A stretch of 64,000 nt of DNA, from contig JBHLKM010000003.1 of NCBI GenBank assembly GCA_048886685.1, forward strand, positions 128,001 to 192,000. The letters run 5' to 3'. Below are positions 19,576 to 29,716 of the stretch, in pieces; the stretch's first letter is position 1, and every line of letters starts with the position of its first letter. Under the pieces are notes generated by a model, which saw nothing but the letters and a program-made list of their open reading frames with translations, was not told the DNA's origin and ran no database searches. The position numbers were made by a program, and so were the translations under genes. The stretch comes from Candidatus Hodarchaeota archaeon. Its GTDB lineage: Archaea > Asgardarchaeota > Lokiarchaeia > Sigyniarchaeales > SOKP01.

Positions 19576-20741
19576 TGTGTGATACATTTATAGCGCTTGG
19601 GAATGCTAGTAAAGATGGAAATGTTATTTTTGGTAAAAATTCAGATCGCCCTTTTGATGAAGTCCAGTTAATAGTCTATGTCCCTCGAGAAAAGCATGAA
19701 AGTGGAGACCTTTTGAAATGTACATATATCGAAATTCCTCAAGTTAATGAAACTCATGCTGTTCTTTTGAGTCAACCTTGGTGGATGTGGGGTGCAGAGA
19801 TGGGTACAAATGAGTATGGTGTAGTAATAGGGAATGAAGCGGTACATACACTAGAACCAATAAGGAATATTGGATTATTAGGGATGGATTTATTGAGATT
19901 AGGTCTTGAACGAGGAAAAACAGCAAGAGAGGCGTTGGATGTAATTATTGAGTTGTTAGAAACATATGGTCAGGGTGGAGGTTGTGCTTATAATGATCCA
20001 AGTTGGATGTATCATAATTCATTTATTATTGCCGATCCTGATGAGGCTTATGTTTTAGAAACTGCTGATGAGTGGTGGATTGTTGAAAAAATAAACAGTG
20101 TAAGATCTATATCCAACAGTATCTCTATTAGGGGTAAAGGGGATCTGCGAAGAGATGGAATTATAAATCATGCTATAAAGAGAAATTACTGTAAGGATGA
20201 AAATGATTTTGATTTTGCTACAACTTTTTCAGGATCTCTAATATCTACGATGCCTTCACCTCATTCTAGGGAAGGAAAGGCTACTCTATTATTGAAAGAA
20301 AATATAAATCAAATTTCTCCAAAATTGATGATGGACTTTCTTAGAGAACATCAAGCAGGAATTTGCATGCATGGGGGTTTTGAATCAACTGGTTCACAAG
20401 TTTCTCATCTAATGAAAACCAAGAAATCAATTCATTGGTTTACAGGAACTACTCTCCCTTGCGTTAGCATATATAAACCTTATGCATTTCCTATTAATGG
20501 CCAAAAATTCTATGATTCAGGACCGTATTCAAATATTAACTCAGATTGGTTTTGGTGTAAACATACCATGTCAAAACCTATAAAAAGGAAAAAAGAAATT
20601 AGAAATATTGAAGATTCCCTTATTTCTAAAATTGAAAAGCTGTTAAGTCAGGGAGACAAAATCTCTGAAGATGAATTTATAGAAAAAATAGGAAAGCTTA
20701 ATATTGAAGCTTGGAACAAATCCTACCAGATGTCTCAATAA
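19575..20741 (+). CDS. Secernin/C69 family dipeptidase (Ntn hydrolase), copy 2
   Basis: Same motifs as copy 1. TGATG stop/start overlap with copy 1. Confidence 0.9.
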   Translation: MCDTFIALGNASKDGNVIFGKNSDRPFDEVQLIVYVPREKHESGDLLKCTYIEIPQVNETHAVLLSQPWWMWGAEMGTNEYGVVIGNEAVHTLEPIRNIGLLGMDLLRLGLERGKTAREALDVIIELLETYGQGGGCAYNDPSWMYHNSFIIADPDEAYVLETADEWWIVEKINSVRSISNSISIRGKGDLRRDGIINHAIKRNYCKDENDFDFATTFSGSLISTMPSPHSREGKATLLLKENINQISPKLMMDFLREHQAGICMHGGFESTGSQVSHLMKTKKSIHWFTGTTLPCVSIYKPYAFPINGQKFYDSGPYSNINSDWFWCKHTMSKPIKRKKEIRNIEDSLISKIEKLLSQGDKISEDEFIEKIGKLNIEAWNKSYQMSQ

Positions 20742-20875
20742 TGAGAAATTTCTATTTCATTTGGTTTGTCATATCTCACTGAAAAGTTAATAAAATCTTT
20801 TTTTAATAAAACTTAATAGCTTAAGAGTATTTCTTCTTTTATTATATTACAACAAAATCTTTATTGATTTTTCAG

Positions 20876-21169
20876 ATGTCACAGAGTAAATTAGATCTTT
20901 TAGGTATGGAAGGAGTAATTTCAAATTATAAACGAGGGCGTCATACTATTCACCAGAAACATTGCATATTAGTTTTCACGGATATTAAGACTAGAAAAGA
21001 TGCAAATCGGCTTATTGGTCGAACTGTCGTTTGGAAAAGTTCATCTGGTAAGGAATTAAAAGGGATAATTACTCGAGCTCATGGTAACAATGGAGCCGTC
21101 CGGGCTCATTTTAAGAAAGCAGGAGTCCCAGGCCAAGCTCTTGGAACAAAAATAAAAATCATAAAATAA
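20876..21169 (+). CDS. rpl35ae: 50S ribosomal protein L35Ae (eL33)
   Basis: GIITRAHGNNGAVRAHF...PGQALG signature. Confidence 0.93.
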   Translation: MSQSKLDLLGMEGVISNYKRGRHTIHQKHCILVFTDIKTRKDANRLIGRTVVWKSSSGKELKGIITRAHGNNGAVRAHFKKAGVPGQALGTKIKIIK

Positions 21170-21327
21170 TATTTTTTGTTCAAAAGGATTTTTTCTTTTT
21201 TCTTATATCTGGATATTACATGATACATGAATAATATATTCTTTTTTGTATTTTTGACATTGTAAGATCTTTGATAAAGCGATTTGTAAAGATTTTCGAA
21301 TTTATTGGTTGGGTTTAAATTTTTAAA

Positions 21328-23349
21328 ATGTCAGATCAAGTTTGCCGATTTTGCCAAAGATATGTGCAGTTGACTTATTATTGTGATGAGTGTGGTGCTA
21401 ATTGTTGTTCTGACTGTTTACATGAAAAAAAAGTTGATTATTATCTTTGCCAAGAGTGCAATTCGAAAAATATAGGTCCTCCTGATTCTGATAAAAACAA
21501 AGTATGTAATGATTGTGGTAATGACAATATAATTAAAATAAACCAACCTTTAAAATCATGTCCAAAGTGTGGATCTCACAAAATTATTAACATTTATGAA
21601 AAGAAAGAAGATTTAGAAAAAGAATTTTTAGAATTGATAAAAAATTCTCGCTTATTTATTAATCCCTTAAGAGAGGTTCTCGATAAGTTATTTATCCTTC
21701 AACAAGAAATAAAAAAAGCCAGAGATCCTCCTATAAGATGTTACCATTTTCCTAAAATGGAATCTGATTTATTAGCTCTCTTTAAATTGTTTGTTTACGT
21801 GCAAAATACATTATTTGATAAAATTAATGCCCACTTTCATCAAATGGTTTTATACAAAGAATACTTTTTTGATATTTACTCTCAACCAAATTCTAATATA
21901 ACAATTATTGAAGGTATCTTTGATAATCTCCTTAGAAGTCATAATTCTATCAATGATTTTGTATTCAATAACGTTAAGACTTTTAAAGATAGTATCGCTT
22001 CTTTTGAAGCTAACCTAAAATTTGTTGAAAAAATTAGTCTTTATTTCTCCACTTATAAGAAATTAATAAAATTGGCAGAAAAAGAAAAACCTGTCTATGC
22101 AATCTACGCTAAACTAGTCAATGGACTGAACACAGATGATAGGTTTAAGAAAGACAGAGGAATTTTATTTATCACTAATTTAGATTTATCTTTCATTCAT
22201 GAGTTTGGTTTAAGAAAGAAAAAGCGGGCATTGATTTTTAAAGCCCCAGTTCGAGATTTAATTAGGATAAAAGAAAAAGGAAAAGTCTTCAAAAAATTAT
22301 ACCTTGAATTTGAGTATGGGAAATATGAATTTACATTACCAAATAATGCTCTTTCTAGAGTTATAGAATATATTCTATTGGCAAGAACATTTGACGAATC
22401 CACCGTTTATGATAGTAAATCAGCAACTAAACTCCAAAGAGTCGAAATCGATTTAAATGAGCTAGCAAATTTTATTGAAGAAAGCATTAACTCATTCTTT
22501 AGCCTAAAATGTCAATACAATAAAAGTTCTCAAAAGATAAGTAGGTATAATCAAATTTTTCCTCAATTTTATAATGGGCAAACTAACCAAATTCCAATTT
22601 CAATGCATCAATCTCGAAATCAAGAATTTCCTTATCAAAGTGAAAATTTAGGACAGTTAGAGATGAATCAGGCATTTATTCAAAATCCAAATAATCAATA
22701 TCTTCCATTTTACATTCGAGGAGTAGGTCAATCTCCTCAAGGTTTATATAACTATATTAGCTCTTTGAATCATTATCAACAATCCAACCCAGCCCAAAGT
22801 AGGTTCTTTCCACAAAATTTCATCAATCCAAATCGCTTTCAAAATTATAATCCTCAAAAAATCAAATCCAACTTTGAAGAGCTTCTCGATATTGAAGAGA
22901 ACGATATTCTAACGAGAAATTTAGAACAAACACAAGCTTTTAATCCACAATACCGGAATCAAATAGAACCTGAAATTTTAAATGATAGAAATAGCTTTCA
23001 AGAATTTAACAAAAATCATTTATCTGACCTGTTTAATATAAATAATTCTTTAACTCAGCAATCTTATAAGCATAAAAGGAAGTTGTTTAAATTAGATCGA
23101 GAAAAACATGAAAAAATGCTTGAACTAGAAAAGGAAAGATACAGTCTTAAAGCAACGTTGAAAAAACTTGAAACTAAATTTGATCAAGGATCCATATCAG
23201 AAAGCGATTATTTTCGTACCTATAGAAATTTAAATAAAGAAATTTATTTAATCGATAATAAAATTCAAAAATTAAGACAGAGTTTAGAAGAATTAGAATC
23301 CCTTAAACAAAACAGCAGAAATTTTGATAATAAAAGATTCTATACCTAG
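21328..23349 (+). CDS. Multidomain protein: multi-CxxC Zn finger, helical region, PH/GRAM-like domain, Q/N-rich region, C-terminal helical hairpin
   Basis: Six CxxC pairs at the N-terminus, GILFITNLDLSF PH/GRAM-like strands, a low-complexity Q/N tract and a C-terminal coiled coil. Confidence 0.7.
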   Translation: MSDQVCRFCQRYVQLTYYCDECGANCCSDCLHEKKVDYYLCQECNSKNIGPPDSDKNKVCNDCGNDNIIKINQPLKSCPKCGSHKIINIYEKKEDLEKEFLELIKNSRLFINPLREVLDKLFILQQEIKKARDPPIRCYHFPKMESDLLALFKLFVYVQNTLFDKINAHFHQMVLYKEYFFDIYSQPNSNITIIEGIFDNLLRSHNSINDFVFNNVKTFKDSIASFEANLKFVEKISLYFSTYKKLIKLAEKEKPVYAIYAKLVNGLNTDDRFKKDRGILFITNLDLSFIHEFGLRKKKRALIFKAPVRDLIRIKEKGKVFKKLYLEFEYGKYEFTLPNNALSRVIEYILLARTFDESTVYDSKSATKLQRVEIDLNELANFIEESINSFFSLKCQYNKSSQKISRYNQIFPQFYNGQTNQIPISMHQSRNQEFPYQSENLGQLEMNQAFIQNPNNQYLPFYIRGVGQSPQGLYNYISSLNHYQQSNPAQSRFFPQNFINPNRFQNYNPQKIKSNFEELLDIEENDILTRNLEQTQAFNPQYRNQIEPEILNDRNSFQEFNKNHLSDLFNINNSLTQQSYKHKRKLFKLDREKHEKMLELEKERYSLKATLKKLETKFDQGSISESDYFRTYRNLNKEIYLIDNKIQKLRQSLEELESLKQNSRNFDNKRFYT

Positions 23350-23431
23350 CTCTTTATTAATACATATTTTATGCAAATTCTGCATATTCTACGTTATTTA
23401 AATTTATATTCTTTTAAATTTTATAGAAGAT

Positions 23432-24448
23432 ATGGATAATCCCCCGTTTTCCACAGTAGTTGGAAGTTGGCCATTGAGCAATAATGCGGAGAATATGCTT
23501 AGGGTATTTAATGATCTAATTCAAATTGGCATTGATTATCCATGTTATCCTCAATTAATTTCTATGATTTCTCAGTTTTTAATCCCACTATCAAATGAAA
23601 TTGCCCAATTAGAAGAAATTAACAACAAATTTTATTTATCAGATGATTTCGAAATCCCAAAAATCCCGATAGCTTTAGAGTATGGAGAATTCATAAAAAA
23701 TTTTTTTAATGAACGAGTACAGCTTTCAAAACAAATTATGGGAACAAAAGCCTGTTTAACAGGGCCAATAACGTTAGCATCTGAAATTATATTAAAAGGT
23801 GAAATTGCAAATGACCTCAAACCTAGAATCTTTACAGAATCTAGAGCAGTAATGGTAGATTGGATCGTGGAAAAATTAGCAGGAATTATGAAAAAGTTAG
23901 GAAAAGCATATAATAGTATGGGTATAAATATAATTTCTATGGATGAACCTCTTTTGGGTATTTTAATTGGAAGAAAGGTGCTTTTTCACTCGGAGGAGTT
24001 CATTGTAGAAATTCTAAATGAGGCTATCTCAGAAATAAAGTCTTTATCATCAATTCATGTGTGTGGCAGAATTAGCCCTAAATGCCGTGACATACTCCTT
24101 CAAACTGATGTGAACATATTGGACCATGAGTTTAGAACTAATGAGGAAAATTTTGATATTTTTCAAAAAGAGCATTTAGAAAATAATGATAAATTATTAG
24201 CTTTAGGCACAGTTAAATCGAAGTTCACACCAATAGAAGGATGTGAAATCAATGATTACATCGAAGGAATAAATTCTTTAGAAGCTTATATTAGAACAGC
24301 TATTAAACAGTATGGTAAGGAAAATTTAATAATCAAGCCCGATTGCGGTTTTTTATCTTTAAAAGATTCATTTGGGGAAGAAATCGGTTATGAAATAGCA
24401 ATAAGAAAAGTAAAGAATATGGTACAAGCTCTAAAAAGAATTAAATAA
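23432..24448 (+). CDS. Core (single-barrel) MetE-like methionine synthase family protein
   Basis: TVVGSWP, LTGPITLA, MDEP, HVCG and PDCG Zn ligands. Confidence 0.8.
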   Translation: MDNPPFSTVVGSWPLSNNAENMLRVFNDLIQIGIDYPCYPQLISMISQFLIPLSNEIAQLEEINNKFYLSDDFEIPKIPIALEYGEFIKNFFNERVQLSKQIMGTKACLTGPITLASEIILKGEIANDLKPRIFTESRAVMVDWIVEKLAGIMKKLGKAYNSMGINIISMDEPLLGILIGRKVLFHSEEFIVEILNEAISEIKSLSSIHVCGRISPKCRDILLQTDVNILDHEFRTNEENFDIFQKEHLENNDKLLALGTVKSKFTPIEGCEINDYIEGINSLEAYIRTAIKQYGKENLIIKPDCGFLSLKDSFGEEIGYEIAIRKVKNMVQALKRIK

Positions 24449-24491
24449 CTAATAATATTCTTTTAATGTGTAAAAAATTTATGAAAAAGTG

Positions 24492-25139
24492 TTATCCTTG
24501 TAATTCTTTTCTTAGTTTTTCTATTTCTTTATTTAATTTTTCTTTAGATTTTACTTCGTCTAATTCTTCAATTTCATACTCTGGAATATATTGTAAATCA
24601 TCTGAAGGAATTTCTGGCATTGCCCCTCCTTGGTCAAGAAGCATTTCCGTCTCAAGTTGATTCAATTCCTCTGTCACATCAATCGCAAGATCAATTTCAG
24701 GGTCTCCTGCCAAAATATCCGCTGCTTCTTCAATTTCTGCAACATATGCCTCAGAGTCTTCCGCAATTTCTGCAACTTTAGCAGGTGAAGCTCTTGTGGC
24801 GATATACTCCAATTCATCGCGTATTCCACTAAAGATGTCTCCTGTAGCTGAGATTAATTGGCCCTCCTCAATAGCCTGAATCTGACGTTCTATTTTTGCC
24901 CTAATGTTATTTGTTCTATCAACTTTAGCGTTATAAGATTTGTATTGAATAAGATAATTTTTTGCGCGATCTTTTTCACCCCGTTTCAATGCAATTTTAG
25001 CATTCTTACGGCTTATCTCAGCTCGTTTGGTGTAATTTCTATTAATTAAATTTAATCTATGAATATGGCTCTTAGCTTTTGATACTAAGTCGTCTTTCTC
25101 TTTACCTTTCCGAGGAAAGAGCTTTTTTTTTAATCCCAC
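24492..25139 (-). CDS. ESCRT-III Snf7 family protein (Vps20/32/60-like)
   Basis: Basic N-terminal half with AKIALKRGEKDRAKNYL..K, acidic C-terminal half with EELNQLE..., about 215 aa. Confidence 0.82.
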   Translation of the reverse strand: MGLKKKLFPRKGKEKDDLVSKAKSHIHRLNLINRNYTKRAEISRKNAKIALKRGEKDRAKNYLIQYKSYNAKVDRTNNIRAKIERQIQAIEEGQLISATGDIFSGIRDELEYIATRASPAKVAEIAEDSEAYVAEIEEAADILAGDPEIDLAIDVTEELNQLETEMLLDQGGAMPEIPSDDLQYIPEYEIEELDEVKSKEKLNKEIEKLRKELQG

Positions 25140-25266
25140 TGACTATTCAACTCTTTTTTTTATGATTTATATGATTTTTCTAACTTAAAAATTTAATATT
25201 ATTCAATATAATATAATAAATTAATTCTCAACAAAAAAGTTTTCATAGACCGAAATTTGATTTATT

Positions 25267-26382
25267 ATGAAAAAAATAATCCTAAATTTTGAGATTAAGA
25301 AAAAGAATTTTAAGGAATTAGTTCAAGAAGCATTTAATAAGGATATCTTAAATTATTTAGTTTCAAATAAAACTTATTCTGATTTTAAAGGCATAGAAAG
25401 GATTAATCTATTTACAAGAGATCTGGATATTCCAGCACAATATTTTATAACTGATAATAGAGAGAACCTAAAAGTATTATTAGATAATAATAAATTCTCG
25501 GAAAGAATAATTGGATTTTATAAAGAATTAAAATCGAAAGACGATGAGAAAGTAATTGTCGAACTTTCTAAAAGTAAACAAGTAGATTTTATTATTGTTT
25601 CGGCTAAAGACTGGAAAATTATCCCTTTTGAAAACCTTATTGCTGAAATGCATAAAACAGATACTGATTTAATTGCAGCAGTAGATACGGTTGATGAAGC
25701 AGAATTAATGTTAAAGACTTTAGAAATTGGCGTAGATGGGATACTTTTAACACCAGAAGATATTGATGACATTATTCATTTAAAAAAACTTTTGGATGTC
25801 ACTTTTCAGATTGAACTTTCAAAAGCAAAAGTAGTCAATATTGAGAATATACCTGAAGCTGAAAGAGTATGTGTTGATACAACATCACTTCTAAAAGTAG
25901 GAGAAGGCCTTCTCGTAGGTTCAACAGCGACAGGTTTTTGTTTAATCCATTCTGAAACATTTGAAACTCAATTTGTAGCATCCAGGCCATTTAGAGTTAA
26001 TGCAGGGGATGTATCTGCTTATGTTTTAGTACCTGATGATGATCCTGAAAAAATATTTCGTACCAAATATCTGAGCGAATTAAAAGGTGGAGATAAAGTA
26101 TTAGCCATTACAGAAAGAGGTGAAGTAAGAATTGTATCAATCGGAAGGGTTAAAATTGAAACTAGACCAATGTTGAGATTTGAATTAGAAGCTTCATTAG
26201 AGGATAAAAAAATACCTATCAGTTGCATTTGCCAGAACGCTGAAACAATTCGCTTAGTTGGTGTTGATGGTAAGGCTAAATCTGTTGTTGATATTAAAAT
26301 TGGTGATGAGGTTTTAGTCCATATAGGTCCTGGAGCAACTCATTTCGGTACTCCAATAAAAGAAACTATAATTGAAAAATAA
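25267..26382 (+). CDS. 3-dehydroquinate synthase II
   Basis: DWKIIPFENLIA, RVCVDT, RPFRVNAG, GRVKIETRP, QNAETI, HFG. Confidence 0.93.
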   Translation: MKKIILNFEIKKKNFKELVQEAFNKDILNYLVSNKTYSDFKGIERINLFTRDLDIPAQYFITDNRENLKVLLDNNKFSERIIGFYKELKSKDDEKVIVELSKSKQVDFIIVSAKDWKIIPFENLIAEMHKTDTDLIAAVDTVDEAELMLKTLEIGVDGILLTPEDIDDIIHLKKLLDVTFQIELSKAKVVNIENIPEAERVCVDTTSLLKVGEGLLVGSTATGFCLIHSETFETQFVASRPFRVNAGDVSAYVLVPDDDPEKIFRTKYLSELKGGDKVLAITERGEVRIVSIGRVKIETRPMLRFELEASLEDKKIPISCICQNAETIRLVGVDGKAKSVVDIKIGDEVLVHIGPGATHFGTPIKETIIEK

Positions 26383-26406
26383 ATATATTAGAAAGATAGA
26401 TAACTA

Positions 26407-27534
26407 TTAGACGTTTCCATCCTTGAACAATGGAATTATTTCTTCACTCACTATTCTTGAAGCATCCCAGTAAGTAAATGGAGCATTTTTGCTAGAAGCC
26501 CTATTTGTGGATGAAAATATGAAATGATTAGCACCAGCCTCGATGTAAGATTTAATTCTTTTAATAATATCTTCTTTAGTTCCAATCATTAAACTTTCAT
26601 GTATTAACTCATCTGGAATATCTTGAACTATAGGTTCTAATTTTCCTATATCAAATCTCCTTACGTCCTCTCTATCAATTTTTAAGATGTTCATATCTTC
26701 ACTTTTACGACCAGTTGCTCCTAAATAAAGTTCCTCATATTCATCTTTCCAATATCCTAGTTCTTTTATTCGTCTTGGATTTGTTAGTAATTCATATTTA
26801 TTCCCTAGTATTCTCTGATTGATTAATTTCTCGTTGTCATTTATAAATAGGAAATGAAAAATCCCAAATGAGAAATTTTCTAAATCCCTTCCTATTTCGT
26901 TCATAACCTTAATAATTTCTTGTCTCTTTTTCTTATACGTGACCTTATCAATTCCAACAGGCATCCAACCATCTGCTATCTCTCCTGTTAGTTTTAATGT
27001 TTTAGGGCTATTTGCACCAATCCAGATCGGTATAGTCGATACAGGTTGAGGGAGTAAATTCGCATTTTTCGCTTTGTAGTGTTGCCCTTCAAATGAAACA
27101 TTCCTACCTTCAGTCCAAAATGATTTCATATAATTAATAGATTCCCTCATTTTGGAAAGTGCACGGTCAGAGGGTATACCATAAGCTTTTAAATTCATGC
27201 CTTCCCCAGCGCCAATACCCAAAATAAGATTTCCTTCAGTAAGGTGGTTTATAGAGGTGCATAACTGTGCCAGAACTGCAGGATGTATTCTATGAGGATC
27301 TGTAACTGCAGTTCCAAATGATTTTCCTTTAACCAATTCTGCCATTGCCCCAAATAATGCCCAAGGACTTAAAAAATCGTCAACCAAAGTACCTCCCATG
27401 CCAGATAGGTGATCGGGGAGCCAAAGAGAATCCCAATTTTCCTTACTTGCTGCTATTACTTTTTTTCGGAAAAAATCATACGAATGAAGATAGTATATTT
27501 GATGACCGAATTTTATTTCACTCAAATTTATCAC
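26407..27534 (-). CDS. LLM-class (F420/flavin-dependent) oxidoreductase
   Basis: WLPDH, GTAVTDPHRIHPA, LGIGAG, IWIGA, ADGWMP. Confidence 0.88.
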   Translation of the reverse strand: MINLSEIKFGHQIYYLHSYDFFRKKVIAASKENWDSLWLPDHLSGMGGTLVDDFLSPWALFGAMAELVKGKSFGTAVTDPHRIHPAVLAQLCTSINHLTEGNLILGIGAGEGMNLKAYGIPSDRALSKMRESINYMKSFWTEGRNVSFEGQHYKAKNANLLPQPVSTIPIWIGANSPKTLKLTGEIADGWMPVGIDKVTYKKKRQEIIKVMNEIGRDLENFSFGIFHFLFINDNEKLINQRILGNKYELLTNPRRIKELGYWKDEYEELYLGATGRKSEDMNILKIDREDVRRFDIGKLEPIVQDIPDELIHESLMIGTKEDIIKRIKSYIEAGANHFIFSSTNRASSKNAPFTYWDASRIVSEEIIPLFKDGNV

Positions 27535-27633
27535 TCAAAAACCATTTAGATTTTGTTAACAAATAGTACATAGTTTTAAAAATTCTCTCTTTCTTAAATT
27601 ATTATATAGCAAATTAATACCAATAAAAGAACC

Positions 27634-28908
27634 ATGACAACATTTTGGGCTCCATTATTACACATTTACCAACCACCTACACAAGATCTTAAAGTTTTAA
27701 AATCAATAGATGAAGAATGCTACAAACCTTTATTTAGTCTAGTTGATGCTTATGATGAAGTTAAATTTAGTTTAAATGTAAGTGGTATTCTCATTGAGTT
27801 ATTATATGAATTCGGTTTATCTGATACGATGGATTTATTAAAAAACCTTGTATCTGAAGACAAAATTGAGGTTGTTGGAACAGCTAAATATCACCCCATA
27901 CTTCCATTGATACCAAAAAAAGAAGCTCAATATCAAATTCAAATGAATGAAGAAATAAATCGAAGAGAATTTGGTCGATGGCAAAGAAAAGGTTTTTTTC
28001 CACCCGAAATGGCAATATCTGGAAGTGTTGCTAAATATATTCGCCATTTAGGATACAAATGGGTTATAATGAGTGGTATTGCTTGCCCTGAAGATTGGTC
28101 TTACGATAAAATTTATATTTCTCCTAATGGACTTCAATTATTCTTTAGAGATGATATTCTAAGTAACAAGATTTCCTTCAAGAGCATCTCACCAAAGGAA
28201 TTTATAAAAACGGTTAAAGAGATTTTCCAGCCAAATTTAGATCCAAAGAAAAAATCCATCACTGAGATTGATAGATATATAATTACAGCTATGGATGGTG
28301 AAACATTTGGTCATCATATCAAAAATTATGAAAAAACTTTTCTAAAAAAGGTATTAGATCTCATTAATGATGAAGAAAGCATTAGAACTGTGTTTATATC
28401 AGAATTAGATCGATATTTCCCATTAAGTAATAAAAAAATTATCCCACGTGAATCGAGCTGGAGTACAACTTATGAAGATATTCAAGCAGGTATTCCTTAT
28501 CCATTATGGAAACATCCAGAAAACAACGTTCATAAATATTATTGGAAATTAATGAAATCTCTGAATAATTTAATGAATTTAGCTGACAACATAGATTTAA
28601 CAGTAGATTGGGAGGTTGAGAATTATTACAATACTGCAAGGTACTTTTATAATCGTGGAATATATTCATGTCCAACCTGGTGGGCTAATCCGCAAAATAA
28701 AACATGGAGTCCTAATCTTATTTATAAGGGAATAGAACTACTCATGAGAGCAGCACTGAATGCTCAATTGGCGTTGGTTTACGTTGGAAAATCTGATCAT
28801 AGTGATGGTTACTATGATTCCATCTCATTATATCACAGTTTGCTCTTAATGGAATTGTCTAATATAACAAAAAAGAACATAAAAAGGTATAATCAAAATA
28901 AAGACTAG
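27634..28908 (+). CDS. Glycoside hydrolase family 57
   Basis: HIYQP, YHPILPL, FFPPEMA (nucleophile), MDGETFGHH, SSW. Confidence 0.9.
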   Translation: MTTFWAPLLHIYQPPTQDLKVLKSIDEECYKPLFSLVDAYDEVKFSLNVSGILIELLYEFGLSDTMDLLKNLVSEDKIEVVGTAKYHPILPLIPKKEAQYQIQMNEEINRREFGRWQRKGFFPPEMAISGSVAKYIRHLGYKWVIMSGIACPEDWSYDKIYISPNGLQLFFRDDILSNKISFKSISPKEFIKTVKEIFQPNLDPKKKSITEIDRYIITAMDGETFGHHIKNYEKTFLKKVLDLINDEESIRTVFISELDRYFPLSNKKIIPRESSWSTTYEDIQAGIPYPLWKHPENNVHKYYWKLMKSLNNLMNLADNIDLTVDWEVENYYNTARYFYNRGIYSCPTWWANPQNKTWSPNLIYKGIELLMRAALNAQLALVYVGKSDHSDGYYDSISLYHSLLLMELSNITKKNIKRYNQNKD

Positions 28909-28922
28909 CAGAATTAATGATT

Positions 28923-29300
28923 TTACTTAATTAATTTTCCAAGAACCTCATTCCACTTTTCTAAATCACGCACATACCATGCAATTGAATCAGTTACTCC
29001 TTTTTCATTTGTAAATATTACATTTAAAAGAGGTCTTAACACTGATCTGTACATATGAGATTTTGGATTTTTTATCTCAATGATAGATTTAACTGGAATT
29101 AATATTTTTTTTTTAGGTTTCCACATACCAAAGAATAGTTCCTCTTCTGTTAGCAATAGAACACCATTTCCACGAATTTTACCTAATCCTAACAATTCTT
29201 GTCCGAAAAAATTACTTGAATCGTCTTTAATTAATACATCCTCATCCTTATATTTTTTATGGATTTCATTTATCCGTTTCCTAAATAATTTTTTTAACAT
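28923..29300 (-). CDS. Small PH/GRAM-like domain protein
   Basis: RGNGVLLLTEEELFF strand pattern and a C-terminal W-containing helix. Confidence 0.6.
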   Translation of the reverse strand: MLKKLFRKRINEIHKKYKDEDVLIKDDSSNFFGQELLGLGKIRGNGVLLLTEEELFFGMWKPKKKILIPVKSIIEIKNPKSHMYRSVLRPLLNVIFTNEKGVTDSIAWYVRDLEKWNEVLGKLIK

Positions 29301-29334
29301 ATAATTATCAAATCATAATTCTCTATATTTTAAC

Positions 29335-29565
29335 CTAGTCCCATTAATCATTCATTTGTTTTCTTCAATTATATACCAATCTTCGAAATGGAATTTTAAC
29401 ACTTAAATTTGTAGGAATATAAGGAGGTTAATCTTCATACCGCCATGATCGAGGTTGAAATTGTGTAACTGGAAAAAAATCAGTTTTTAAAGTCATACAC
29501 GATATCGGAACAGCGTCAAGTTTTTCGAAATAAAAAGCTCTTCTTACTCTCTCCTTACCATTCAT
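29335..29565 (-). pseudogene. Decayed 5' remnant of a URO-D/MtaA-like methyltransferase family gene
   Basis: ATG 29565 reads MNGKERVRRAFYFEKLDAVP..., resembling the M..RERV..A..F..PD.VP N-terminus. The frame is interrupted by TAA (29428-30) and further stops. Confidence 0.55.
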
Positions 29566-29716
29566 AGAATTTCAATTGAATCTAATTATTAATTAATGAT
29601 CAAAATATAAACATAAATTATTTAATACCTAGTTTATATATTAAACCAGATATAAATTTAAAAAAGAATTCAACTTGAAAACAGAGTTCTTATAATTTTA
29701 ACGTACTTGGTAAATA

